Positions 19,730-29,195 of a stretch of 64,000 bases of DNA are shown piece after piece. Positions within the stretch are counted from its first letter, which is position 1. Each line of letters begins with the position of its first letter. The stretch comes from Candidatus Spongiisociaceae bacterium. GTDB taxonomy: Bacteria; Actinomycetota; Acidimicrobiia; Spongiisociales; Spongiisociaceae. The position numbers and the translations under genes were made by a program. Where the stretch lies: the NCBI GenBank assembly GCA_965219685.1, contig CBDCOH010000002.1, forward strand, positions 2,752,001-2,816,000, in the 5' to 3' direction. The notes below the pieces were generated by a model. It searched no databases. It saw only the letters and a list, made by a program, of their open reading frames with translations, and was not told where the DNA came from.

Positions 19730-20950
19730 TCAGGGCCGGCGGTGCACCAGGTCCCTCGTGATCTCCGACACGGACCGTACCCCGGTCAGCGCCATCGATC
19801 GCCGCATCCCCTCCTCGAAGAAGTCGAGAACCCACTCGACACCCTTGAGGCCCCCCGCCCCGAGCCCGTACAGGTAGGGCCGGCCGACCATGACCGAGTC
19901 GGCGCCGAGAGCGATCGCCTTGATTATGTCGGCGCCGCGCCGGACCCCTCCGTCACAGATGATCTCGACCGAGTCCCCGACCTCCTGCGCGATCGGTTCG
20001 ATCATCTCGATGGCCGTCGGCGCGCCTTCCAGCTGCCGCCCTCCGTGGTTCGACACACAAATCGCCTGTATGTCGTGCTCGACGGCACGGCGCGCATCGG
20101 CGACCGACTGTATGCCCTTGATGATCATCGGGCCGTCCCACAGCGACCGGAACCACTCGATGTCATCCCACGAGAGGCTTGCGTCGAACTGATCGTTGAC
20201 CAGCGTGGAGAGCGCCACCGCCGTCGTCCCGTCCTCCTCGTGGAAGCCGACGACGTTGGAGAAGGTGATCGGGTCAGCGTTGAGGAAACGCCAGGTCCAG
20301 CCCGGTTTCCGGATTCCTTCGAGCATCATGCCGAGACCGAGTTTGGGAGGCAGTGTCATCCCGTTTCGGACATCCCGCTCGCGGCGGCCGGGAACCACCA
20401 GGTCGACCGTGATACACAGCGCCTCGTACCCTGCGGCCTTGGCTCGTTCGATCATGTTGCGGACCAGGCCTCGGTCCTTCCACACGTACACCTGGTACCA
20501 GTTGCGGCCTCCCGCCCCGGCGTCGGCCACCTCCTCGATCGATCGGGTGCCGAGCGTCGACAGGGCGTAGGGTACGTTCCTCGCCGCCGCGGCCCGGGCC
20601 ACCGACAGTTCGCCCGGCGGATCGACGATCCGGGTGAATCCGGTGGGCGCGAGGATCAGAGGGAAGGGTGCCCTCTGTCCCAGAATCTCCGATGACGTAT
20701 CGATGCTGCTCACATCCCGCATCACCGACGGTACGAACTCCCAGTTGTAGAAGTCCTGCTCGTTCCGCGCGTAGGTCACCTCGTCCTCGGCACCCCCGTC
20801 TACGTAGTCAAAGACCCCTTGGGGAAGCCGCTTCTCGGCGATGGCGCGTAGGTCCTTGATATTGGCTGCCATCTGCATTCGGCGCAGGTCCGGGTCGCGC
20901 TGGAACGAGCGGAAACGAACCACCGACCGCATAGTTCTTATCATTCCCAT
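19730..20950 (-). CDS. FMN-dependent alpha-hydroxy acid oxidase/dehydrogenase (LldD/glycolate oxidase family)
   Basis: [51 protein letters not shown]. Confidence 0.9.
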   Translation of the reverse strand: MGMIRTMRSVVRFRSFQRDPDLRRMQMAANIKDLRAIAEKRLPQGVFDYVDGGAEDEVTYARNEQDFYNWEFVPSVMRDVSSIDTSSEILGQRAPFPLILAPTGFTRIVDPPGELSVARAAAARNVPYALSTLGTRSIEEVADAGAGGRNWYQVYVWKDRGLVRNMIERAKAAGYEALCITVDLVVPGRRERDVRNGMTLPPKLGLGMMLEGIRKPGWTWRFLNADPITFSNVVGFHEEDGTTAVALSTLVNDQFDASLSWDDIEWFRSLWDGPMIIKGIQSVADARRAVEHDIQAICVSNHGGRQLEGAPTAIEMIEPIAQEVGDSVEIICDGGVRRGADIIKAIALGADSVMVGRPYLYGLGAGGLKGVEWVLDFFEEGMRRSMALTGVRSVSEITRDLVHRRP

Positions 20951-21172
20951 AGCGATGAATAGTACCTGCTAGAAACCAACCTGGGGTACCGACACGGGCC
21001 GCTGCAGTCCCTTCGGGATGCCCCTCCACGTCCAGGGCGCGGGAAGGAACGCGCCAGAGAAACAGGCTGTCGGATCCCGTGAACGGACTCGTGCGTTCCA
21101 AGCCCCCGCGACCCGGCGAACAGCAAAGGCTCTCGGGGCCGGCGAAGGCGGACCCGGGCCGGCGGCGTGCAG

Positions 21173-21916
21173 CTACCGGGTGCTTCGGCGCAACCGGCGG
21201 GCTCCCCATGCGTAGCGAGGGTGCGCACCCGCCGGTGGCCAGTAGTCGTCCTTCCGGTAGGCCCAGTACTCGAAGGGATTGTCGTAATAGGCAATGGTCT
21301 CGACAACCTTCCAGACATGCCTCCGCTCGCCTACCAGTGACACCACCAGGCCCACAACGGCGCCGATGCTCATCCAGGCCAGGTAGACCACCGGGTAGAT
21401 AGGACCCAGCAGACGGTTCTGGAACAGATGGGCGCCTTCGTGGACATCCACCAGCTTCCGCCGCCTCACCGCCCTCCGGGACTCACCCCGCAGACCGGCC
21501 GAGCCTCCCGCGCCGGACACCACGTTTCCCAGGGCAAGCGCGAAGCCCGGTCTCATGCTGAAGCCCTCCTCGTAGACGTGCCGGTTCGACCGCCTGCTCA
21601 TGCCCACGACGTACGAAGGATTCGGGTCAAACGCGTTGGCAAGGTGCAGCGCCAGCCCGCTCGCAGTGCCCACCAGTCCCCACGTCGAGTCGGCCAGGAA
21701 GCACAGCCACCCCCGGACACCCCGCCATTCATAGATTCCGACTCCTCCCGAGACCAGTCCGTTCAGCCCGCCGACAGCGGCTCCTGCGACGGCGGTTCCA
21801 GCCGCCACGACCTCGAGTTGGGACAGGGCCATCCAGCCCAGGCCGGCGCCCAACGCGCCTGTCGCCAAGCCTTCGAGGACAACACCTACCCGCCCGCGCC
21901 GACCGGTCCCACTCAC
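21173..21916 (-). CDS. Membrane protein with HExxH motif
   Basis: Gly-rich TM helices, VHEGAHLFQ, NPFEYWAY; GTGA overlap with the upstream CPBP gene. Confidence 0.6.
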   Translation of the reverse strand: MSGTGRRGRVGVVLEGLATGALGAGLGWMALSQLEVVAAGTAVAGAAVGGLNGLVSGGVGIYEWRGVRGWLCFLADSTWGLVGTASGLALHLANAFDPNPSYVVGMSRRSNRHVYEEGFSMRPGFALALGNVVSGAGGSAGLRGESRRAVRRRKLVDVHEGAHLFQNRLLGPIYPVVYLAWMSIGAVVGLVVSLVGERRHVWKVVETIAYYDNPFEYWAYRKDDYWPPAGAHPRYAWGARRLRRSTR

Positions 21917-22755
21917 AGGATGAAGCCCTTGTGGATGAGCGCCGCCACATCCATGGTGCCCGCCACCCCCACGTGAACGGCCACCCCCCACCAGATGGAC
22001 CGGCTCCGCAGTGACAGCGACCCGAGCACGGCGCCGCCGACGATGGCCGCCAATGCTTCCGCCATCGGCTTGCCGAAGTGGAGCATGTTGTACGGCACGA
22101 CCATCACGAACACCGCCATGTAGCCGAGTCGTCCGCTCAGCCCGTGAACCATGAATCCCCTGAAGAAGAACTCCAGCGCGGCGAACTGGAGTGCGTACAC
22201 CGCCCACCACAGTGCCATTTCGGGCCACAGTCCCTCCCCGGGAGCGAGATCGTAGAACGGATACTTCGCCTGGAAGGCGACGGTGTAGGACGCGGCGACC
22301 ACGAAGGGGACCGACACGCCGAGCAGCATCGCGTAGACCGGGGCGTGCCTGCCTATGCCCCTGATCCTCACCCCGTAATCCCGCACCCGCTCCTTCAACA
22401 CCAGCTTGATCGCCAGGAGCGGCGGCACCGTGTAGGCGATGACCTGCCCCACCCCCCAGAACAGGAGTCCGTTCCGCTGCCGGTACTGCGAGGTCTCGAA
22501 GGCCTCTCGAGCCCACTCCGCCAACCCGTCCAGTCCCACACCACCGATCAGGGTGACGAGCCAGTAGGGCTGCGACGTGGCGGCGAAGTTCAGGATCGTA
22601 AGGCTGAGAGCGGAGGTGACCAGCACGACCACCGCCTTGCGGTTGGCCTTTCCCCGCGGGGTAGCGGCCCGGTACGCGGCCGACTGATCGTCCCCATAGT
22701 CCTGGACGGCGGTCACGTACGATTTCCAGAAACGGCTGCCCATGATCGAACCCAT
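21913..22755 (-). CDS. CPBP (CAAX-like) intramembrane glutamic endopeptidase
   Basis: LEFFFRGF, MLHFGKP, SRSIWWGVAVH. Confidence 0.8.
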   Translation of the reverse strand: MGSIMGSRFWKSYVTAVQDYGDDQSAAYRAATPRGKANRKAVVVLVTSALSLTILNFAATSQPYWLVTLIGGVGLDGLAEWAREAFETSQYRQRNGLLFWGVGQVIAYTVPPLLAIKLVLKERVRDYGVRIRGIGRHAPVYAMLLGVSVPFVVAASYTVAFQAKYPFYDLAPGEGLWPEMALWWAVYALQFAALEFFFRGFMVHGLSGRLGYMAVFVMVVPYNMLHFGKPMAEALAAIVGGAVLGSLSLRSRSIWWGVAVHVGVAGTMDVAALIHKGFIL

Positions 22756-23040
22756 CGGCGGGAAGGTTACGCACCCTTGCATTCGCCTTGGTCGGTACGC
22801 ACAGGTCCGCACCCCGTTTTCTCGTACCTCGAGCTCCGGGCCTTTCATGTTCCACCGGCCGGACACCGGAACGGTCAGCACCGATTCGCCCAGCACAGAG
22901 GGCAATTCACTGGGTAGCAGGACGGGATCTCTCGGCGCCGTCATCGGGAAACACGCGAGAAAAGCACGTGTGCCGTCCGGTCATAGTTAGCGCACATGTT
23001 TAGTATAGTTGGTTTATACCTGTTTTGGAGGTGTAGAACA

Positions 23041-23715
23041 ATGGTGTCGTCCACCTATGCAGGGTTCATTGACGCCGGATTTCTTCGCGCCGAGGGGGCG
23101 AGAGCCCTGGGCGAGAGCCCTCGCAACGTGCGGCTGGATGCGGAGGCGGTGGTCACTTGGTTCAAGGACGTCGCGTACCGGGAAGCCGGCACGTTCCTCA
23201 GGGCGTACTGGTATGACGCCAGGTTCGATCAGGGCCACGATCACGCTGACGGACAACGCCGGTTCTTCACAGCCCTGGCTCAAACGGCAGGTATCCAACT
23301 GCGCCTCGGACGTATCGTGGAACATAGGCCCTGGTTCGAACCTGGTATACGAGATGCGCTGAGAAGGACCGCAACCGGTTTGGGACTGGAACCCTCGTCC
23401 GTGATGGAGGAGTTCGAGCGGAACTGGACCTTCCGACCCGAGCGGAGGCAGAAGGGCGTGGACACTCTGGTGGCGCTGGACCTGGTCAGGCTCGCCGGCC
23501 GTCGGGTCTTCGACACAGCGGTGCTCATCTCGGGCGACCGCGACCTCGCCGAGGCGGTCCGCTCTGCGCAGGAACTGGGTGCCCGGGTGGTGGTCGCCAC
23601 CCCGGACCGCTACTGCGTCTCACGCGAGGTCATCGAACTCGCCGACAGGGTCATCGAGATCGACGAGGACGGGCTCCATCAGATACTCCCGCGGAGGGTG
23701 CCGTCGTTCCCCTGA
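23041..23715 (+). CDS. NYN/LabA-DUF88 PIN-fold nuclease
   Basis: FIDAGFL, RAYWYD, QKGVDTLVALD, ISGDRDL, LAD; GGAGG RBS. Confidence 0.85.
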   Translation: MVSSTYAGFIDAGFLRAEGARALGESPRNVRLDAEAVVTWFKDVAYREAGTFLRAYWYDARFDQGHDHADGQRRFFTALAQTAGIQLRLGRIVEHRPWFEPGIRDALRRTATGLGLEPSSVMEEFERNWTFRPERRQKGVDTLVALDLVRLAGRRVFDTAVLISGDRDLAEAVRSAQELGARVVVATPDRYCVSREVIELADRVIEIDEDGLHQILPRRVPSFP

Positions 23716-23796
23716 TCGCCTTGACATAACCTACGAGCGCTCGAAAAACCTTGGCCCTCCCGCTATATGTCTGCGCGCCGGGCAGGAAGGACGGGA

Positions 23797-26106
23797 ATGG
23801 AAGGAACCGACCTCCTTCGGCTGATCGAACGCTGGCAGGACAGCACCACCTTCGGAGGCGACGTGGTCTACACGCGCCTCCTCCCCGCTCGAGAGGCCCG
23901 GTTCGAGGATCTCGTGCCGCCACCCACCGGCGCACTCGCCGACAGATTGGCCGCGAGAGGCATCAACCGTTTGTACCGGCACCAAGCAAGGGCAGTCCGC
24001 AACATCAGGGCGGGCAACCATGTGGTCCTGGTCTCCGGCACGGCCTCCGGGAAGACTTTGTGCTACCAGATCCCAATCCTCGAGCAGGTTCTACATGACC
24101 CGACCAGGACCGCCCTGCTCATGTACCCCACCAAGGCCCTGGCACAAGACCAGTTGGGCTCTCTCGACCGGTTCGCTATCCCGGGATTGGCGGCGTCCAC
24201 GTACGATGGTGACCTGCCGCCGCACCAGCGGAACCGGGTGAGAAAAACCGCCAACGTCGTCCTCACCAATCCCGACATGCTCCATTACGGGATCCTGCCG
24301 AATCACAGGTTGTGGGAATCGTTCCTCTCCCGGCTGGATCACGTCGTGATCGACGAGATGCACTACCTGCGGGGGGTGTTCGGAAGCCACAGCGCCCGGA
24401 TAGTCCACCGGCTCCGGCGCTTGGCGGCCCACTACGGATCGAGTCCGACGTTCGTCCTGACATCAGCCACTATCAGGAACCCCACCGAGTTAGCGTCACA
24501 CCTCACAGGGCTGGATGTGACGCTGTTGGAAGGAGACACTTCTCCGGCCGGGGAGAGGATGGTGGTCCTGTGGAACCCCCCTTTGGAGGATCCCGAGTCA
24601 GGTGTCCGGCGCTCCCCGATCTACGAAGCGTCACACCTTTACGTGGACCTGGTGCGCCGGGGGATCCGCACCATCGTGTTCGGGCGGAGCCGCAAGACGA
24701 CCGAGTTGATCCACATCGAATCCGCTCGGCGCCTCGGCAAGCTGGCGGATCGCGTCGCTCCCTATAGGGCCGGATACACGGCGGAGGATCGACGGGAGAT
24801 CGAGCGGCGGTTCTTCTCGGGCGAGTTGCTGGGCGTCACGGCCACTAACGCCCTCGAACTGGGGATAGATGTCGGAGGCCTGGACGCCGCTTTGCTCTGC
24901 ACCTTTCCCGGGACCATCTCCTCCTACCGCCAGCAATCCGGTCGCGCCGGAAGATCCCGCGAAACCTCCATGGTCGTGTTGATCGCAGGAGAGGACGCCC
25001 TGGATCAGTACTTCATGCGTCACCCCGATGAACTGCTGGCACGCCCGCCCGAGCCGGCGGTCATCAACCCCGACAACCCACGGATCCTCGATGTGCACGT
25101 GTCCTGCGCCGCCCACGAACTGCCCCTCGCCCTCTCCGACCGCCGGTACTTCGGTGAGGAGTTGGAGGAGGCCGCCCGCAGGCTGGTCCTCACGGGAAGC
25201 CTCCGGCATCGGCACGGGAGGCTCCACTGGACGGGCCGGCGATCACCGGCGCACCAGACGAGCCTCAGGTCCTCGGACAGACGCTCCTTCACGCTGTACG
25301 ACGTGCTGGCGAAGAAGGTCATCGGTGTGTTGGAGTGGGAAAGGGCCTTCTCCGACGCGCACGAGGGCGCCGTGTACCTACACCGGGGCGCCACCTACCT
25401 GATCGAACGCATGGACCTGCACCGCCGGGAGATACTCGCCCGGCCCGGTCCGGTGGGCTACTACACAGAGCCCTACATCGAGAAGGACCTGAGCGTGGTC
25501 GACACCGAGCGGTCCTCGGAGATCGGCCGGACGGCATGCCACCTAGGTCGGGTGAGGGTGGCGTCGCACGTGGTCGGGTTCCGGAACCGCTTCGAAAGGG
25601 GGACAGGCGGACACCGCGAGATCAACAGACTCGACCTACCCCCGGTGGAGATGGAGACCCAGGCGTTCTGGTTCGCACTTACCGACTCTCTCCTGGAAGG
25701 AGCCGGCCTCGAGAGCCGACAAGCCCCCGGAGCCCTGCACGCCGCCGAGCACACCATGATCGGCATGATGCCGCTGTTCGCGATCTGTGACCGCAGCGAC
25801 ATCGGTGGTCTCTCCACCGCATACCATCCCGATACCCGGGGCCCGGCCATTTTCATCCACGACGGGTACGACGGGGGAGCGGGTATCGCTCCCACCGCCT
25901 ACGAAACCGCTGGAGAACTGGTCGCCGCCACCCTGGAGACACTGCTGCAGTGCCCCTGCTCGACCGGGTGCCCTTCGTGTGTCCAGTCGCCCAAGTGCGG
26001 CAATTTCAACGAGCCTCTCTCCAAGATCGGAGCCATCCGGCTTCTCAACGCCTCGCTGGACGAGCCCGCTAATCCAGTCAATCGGTTGGGTGGATCGAAG
26101 CCCTAG
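23797..26106 (+). CDS. DEAH helicase with DUF1998 Cys-cluster (MrfA/SftH/Rv3649-like)
   Basis: GTASGKT, YPTKALAQDQ, DEMH, SAT, TNALELGIDVG, QQSGRAGR, HAAEH, CPCSTGCPSC. Confidence 0.92.
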   Translation: MEGTDLLRLIERWQDSTTFGGDVVYTRLLPAREARFEDLVPPPTGALADRLAARGINRLYRHQARAVRNIRAGNHVVLVSGTASGKTLCYQIPILEQVLHDPTRTALLMYPTKALAQDQLGSLDRFAIPGLAASTYDGDLPPHQRNRVRKTANVVLTNPDMLHYGILPNHRLWESFLSRLDHVVIDEMHYLRGVFGSHSARIVHRLRRLAAHYGSSPTFVLTSATIRNPTELASHLTGLDVTLLEGDTSPAGERMVVLWNPPLEDPESGVRRSPIYEASHLYVDLVRRGIRTIVFGRSRKTTELIHIESARRLGKLADRVAPYRAGYTAEDRREIERRFFSGELLGVTATNALELGIDVGGLDAALLCTFPGTISSYRQQSGRAGRSRETSMVVLIAGEDALDQYFMRHPDELLARPPEPAVINPDNPRILDVHVSCAAHELPLALSDRRYFGEELEEAARRLVLTGSLRHRHGRLHWTGRRSPAHQTSLRSSDRRSFTLYDVLAKKVIGVLEWERAFSDAHEGAVYLHRGATYLIERMDLHRREILARPGPVGYYTEPYIEKDLSVVDTERSSEIGRTACHLGRVRVASHVVGFRNRFERGTGGHREINRLDLPPVEMETQAFWFALTDSLLEGAGLESRQAPGALHAAEHTMIGMMPLFAICDRSDIGGLSTAYHPDTRGPAIFIHDGYDGGAGIAPTAYETAGELVAATLETLLQCPCSTGCPSCVQSPKCGNFNEPLSKIGAIRLLNASLDEPANPVNRLGGSKP

Positions 26107-26162
26107 GCCCTAACAATCGTACCCTAGGTCGGCAGACTCCGCTGCAAGACCCACTGCAGCAT

Positions 26163-26323
26163 CGATAATGAGAATCACTAACTAAGCGAGGGCCGAGCTT
26201 TCATGAAAAAGGGGCTGACAATACCGTCCTCAACGATAACGAGAATCACTAACTAAGCGAGGGCCGAGCTTCGCAAAAGGGCTAACTATCCGGCGTTCTC
26301 CGAACAATAATGAGAATCACTTA
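26163..26323. repeat. Three direct repeats at exact 71-bp period, each with a Fur/Zur-like box
   Basis: Starts 26163, 26234 and 26305; CGATAAYGAGAATCACTAACTAAGCGAGGGCCGAGCTT, third copy partial. Confidence 0.85.
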
Positions 26324-26527
26324 CTGCCCCATGTGTCGACTTGAGACTGAGTGTTCAGGTTCCTACACAAGTCGATAACTCCGCCGTTCACTTGTGCTAC
26401 CGTACGCGCCGAGTCCCCCTATCCAGGTGCGCTCCGCCCGCCGATTGATCGTGGCAGATGAGCACCCTGCAAGTGGGATATCGTGACCGCATATGCGGGA
26501 TAACACCCGCAAAGTGGAGTTCGACAT

Positions 26528-27754
26528 ATGGGAAGCAAGACCTCACATCAGCACGAGGCCGGGGATCACGAGCATCATCATGCCGATCACGGGCATTTGC
26601 ACGACCCCCACGAGTGCGACACCCACGAACACCACGGCGATGATCCAAAGCATGTACACGACCCGCACGAGTGCGACACCCACGAACACCACGGGCACGA
26701 CCACTCGGGACACGACGACCACGACCACGACCACCACGGGCATGACCACCCGGGACACGACGACCACGACCACGACGACCACTCAGGGCATGACCACGAT
26801 GACCACGACCACTCGCACGACTACACGGATGTCAACCGGCGCAGCCTCGTCATAGCCCTCACCCTGATCGCGGGCTTCATGGTCGCCGAAGTAGTCGGCG
26901 GCATCTTGTCCGGGAGCCTGGCCTTGCTGTCCGATGCTGGGCACATGATCACCGATGCGGCGGCGATCGCCTTGGCGCTGGTTGCACAGCGGATGGCTCA
27001 GCGCGACGCGTCGGCCGAGCGCACCTTCGGATACCGCCGGGCGGAAGTACTGGCGGCGATGCTGAACGCCTTGAGCCTATGGTTGATCGCTGCCTGGGTG
27101 TTCTTCGAGGCCTACCACCGCCTCAGGGACGTGCCGGAGGTCGAGGGTGGCCTGTTGCTCATCGTCGGGGTTCTCGGCCTTCTGGTGAACATCGCCGCCG
27201 CCTGGGTCCTCCACCGGTCGGCGGAGCACAGCATGAACGTCGAAGGCGCATTCCGTCATGTGATGGCCGACCTGATGGGTTCGGTCGGCGTCGTCATCTC
27301 CGGAGTCGTCATAATCACGCTCGGTTGGACGATCGTCGATCCCATCCTGAGCATTTTGATCGGGCTTCTGATCCTGGCCAGTTCCTGGCGCCTCACCGTC
27401 AAGGTGTTCCACGTGCTGATGGAGGCCGTTCCCGAGAACATCGACGTGTACGCGCTCTGCCACGAACTGGAGGAACAACCGGGTGTCACCCTTGTGCACG
27501 ACGTTCATGTGTGGACCATCTCCTCGGGGCACGAGTCGTTCACCGCTCACGTCCTCATCGATCCCTCCTACCAGGGGGACATGGACGATCTCATACACCG
27601 TATGCAGGCGATCGCCCGCCACAACTTCGGCATCGACCACATCACGATCCAAGCCGAGAAGTCGCTGGCGGGTTGTACCGAAAAACACCATGTCGGCCAC
27701 CTGATGGCAAGGAAGCGGGCCGGAAGGAAGAAGAAGAGGTTCGCCCTCGCCTGA
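26528..27754 (+). CDS. Cation diffusion facilitator (CzcD/ZitB Zn exporter) with ~100-aa His-rich N-terminus
   Basis: SLALLSDAGHMITD, RTFGYRRAE, AFRHVMAD, HDVHVWTI, HITIQ. Confidence 0.9.
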   Translation: MGSKTSHQHEAGDHEHHHADHGHLHDPHECDTHEHHGDDPKHVHDPHECDTHEHHGHDHSGHDDHDHDHHGHDHPGHDDHDHDDHSGHDHDDHDHSHDYTDVNRRSLVIALTLIAGFMVAEVVGGILSGSLALLSDAGHMITDAAAIALALVAQRMAQRDASAERTFGYRRAEVLAAMLNALSLWLIAAWVFFEAYHRLRDVPEVEGGLLLIVGVLGLLVNIAAAWVLHRSAEHSMNVEGAFRHVMADLMGSVGVVISGVVIITLGWTIVDPILSILIGLLILASSWRLTVKVFHVLMEAVPENIDVYALCHELEEQPGVTLVHDVHVWTISSGHESFTAHVLIDPSYQGDMDDLIHRMQAIARHNFGIDHITIQAEKSLAGCTEKHHVGHLMARKRAGRKKKRFALA

Positions 27755-27791
27755 CAGATGTATCACGAACCACAACGAAAGGAGCAACTAG

Positions 27792-28019
27792 ATGGGCGGA
27801 CATAACCCGCACGAGTGCGACACCCACGAACACCACGGCGACGAGCCGGGGCACGTGCACGACGACCACGAGTGCGACACCCACGAACACCACGCAGACG
27901 AACACGAGCATGACGAGCACGAGTGCGACACCCACGAACACCACGGCGACGAGCCGGGGCACGTGCACGACGACCACGAGTGCGACACCCACGAACACCA
28001 CGAGCACCAAGCAGCCTGA
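27792..28019 (+). CDS. His/Cys-rich repeat peptide (4 x HECDTHEHH), putative metal-buffer protein
   Basis: 75 aa, 24 His and 4 Cys, AAGGAG RBS 7 nt before the ATG. Confidence 0.7.
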   Translation: MGGHNPHECDTHEHHGDEPGHVHDDHECDTHEHHADEHEHDEHECDTHEHHGDEPGHVHDDHECDTHEHHEHQAA

Positions 28020-28191
28020 ACCTCATTACCAACCGGATCCTGCTGTGCCCTCACGGGGGTACAGCAGGTCGGTCGGCTGAATTCGGCTCCATGCTCCGAG
28101 GTCAACAAACGGCTCTCCCCCACCCACCGCCTGTTCGGGAGTCCCGGCCAGGTAGGCGAGACGCCAGACGCTCTATCGGTTAAACCCTTAG

Positions 28192-28221
28192 CCCCTCTAA
28201 TCCAGCGACCCGTTAGAGGGG
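28192..28221. terminator. Hairpin between convergent efflux and uptake units
   Basis: CCCCTCTAA...TTAGAGGGG. Confidence 0.5.
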
Positions 28222-28228
28222 ATCGCGT

Positions 28229-29053
28229 CTACTTCGCCATACTCGAGCGTAGGCTCGAGATAGCAAGCACGACGAAGAAGAGAATCACGGGCAGCACCGC
28301 CATGGTCGCGGAGCCCGACGTATTGGCGTGGAAACTGATCACCAGCCCGGCCAGCACGCTGAAAACGCCGATGCCGGCACTGGTAAGGATCATCGTCGGC
28401 ACTCTCCGAACGAGCAACGCGGCGGTTGCCGGCGGCCCGACGAGCAAGCCCAGTGCGAGAAGGGTACCCACGGTGCGGAAGGATCCAATTATCGCCAGGG
28501 TTATCAGCGCCAGAAGCACTCCGTTCGTCAGTCCGGGATGCATCCCCAGCAAGCGGGCTTTCTGCTCGTTGAAGGAAAGGGTGAGAAAGCCCCGGTACAT
28601 CAGAACGGTGGTCAGTATCACGATGACCGCCACCGCCACCAGCAGGAGTATATCCCCGGATGTCACACCCAGGGTGTCTCCGAACAGGATGGCCGCGAGG
28701 CTCCCGCTGTAGGATGGGGTTCGGGAGATGAATATCACCCCCAGCCCCAACATTCCCACGAACAGGAGGCCGATGCCCGTGTCCTCGGCGAAGACCGTCT
28801 GGCGATGCACGAGGTTGATACCACCGATCATGACCAGAGCGGCCAGCGCCGCGCCGATGAAGATGTTGAAGTCAAGAAGGATAGCGAGGGCTATGCCTGG
28901 AATCACGCCGTGAATCAAGGCATCCCCCAGGAAGCTCATCCCCCTGATCACCACCCACGTCCCTACCATCGAACCGGAAACGGCGGCAAGCGTGCCTCCG
29001 ATCGCTGCCCTCTGCTGAAAAGCCAACTCGAACGGTTCGGTAAACCACTCCAC
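28229..29053 (-). CDS. Zn/Mn ABC permease (ZnuB/AztB)
   Basis: GMSFLGDALIHGVIPGIA, EDTGIG, ILFGD, PPATA; GTG start at 29053. Confidence 0.88.
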   Translation of the reverse strand: MEWFTEPFELAFQQRAAIGGTLAAVSGSMVGTWVVIRGMSFLGDALIHGVIPGIALAILLDFNIFIGAALAALVMIGGINLVHRQTVFAEDTGIGLLFVGMLGLGVIFISRTPSYSGSLAAILFGDTLGVTSGDILLLVAVAVIVILTTVLMYRGFLTLSFNEQKARLLGMHPGLTNGVLLALITLAIIGSFRTVGTLLALGLLVGPPATAALLVRRVPTMILTSAGIGVFSVLAGLVISFHANTSGSATMAVLPVILFFVVLAISSLRSSMAK

Positions 29054-29095
29054 AGAGTCCCATCGTAGTGGGGCTAGGACCGGCTCAGTTCCCTG

Positions 29096-29195
29096 GAGTG
29101 GTGAGTGGTGAGTGGTGAATGGTGAGTGGTGAGTGGTGAGTGGTGGAGCCTTAACACACCACGATTCACCAATCACCAGCCACCGATCACCATCA
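29096..29195. repeat. (GAGTGGT)7 array followed by degenerate complementary TCACC units
   Basis: Read directly between the znuA-like stop and the znuB-like start. Confidence 0.85.

Noticed and set aside
23797-26106. DISARM/Druantia-type defence helicase
   Set aside because: Full-length MrfA/SftH architecture in conserved housekeeping synteny; no methylase or other drm genes
26163-26323. CRISPR mini-array (38-bp repeat, 33-bp spacers)
   Set aside because: Only 2.5 units, the spacers resemble each other, the repeat is not palindromic and no cas genes are present; it fits operator duplication better
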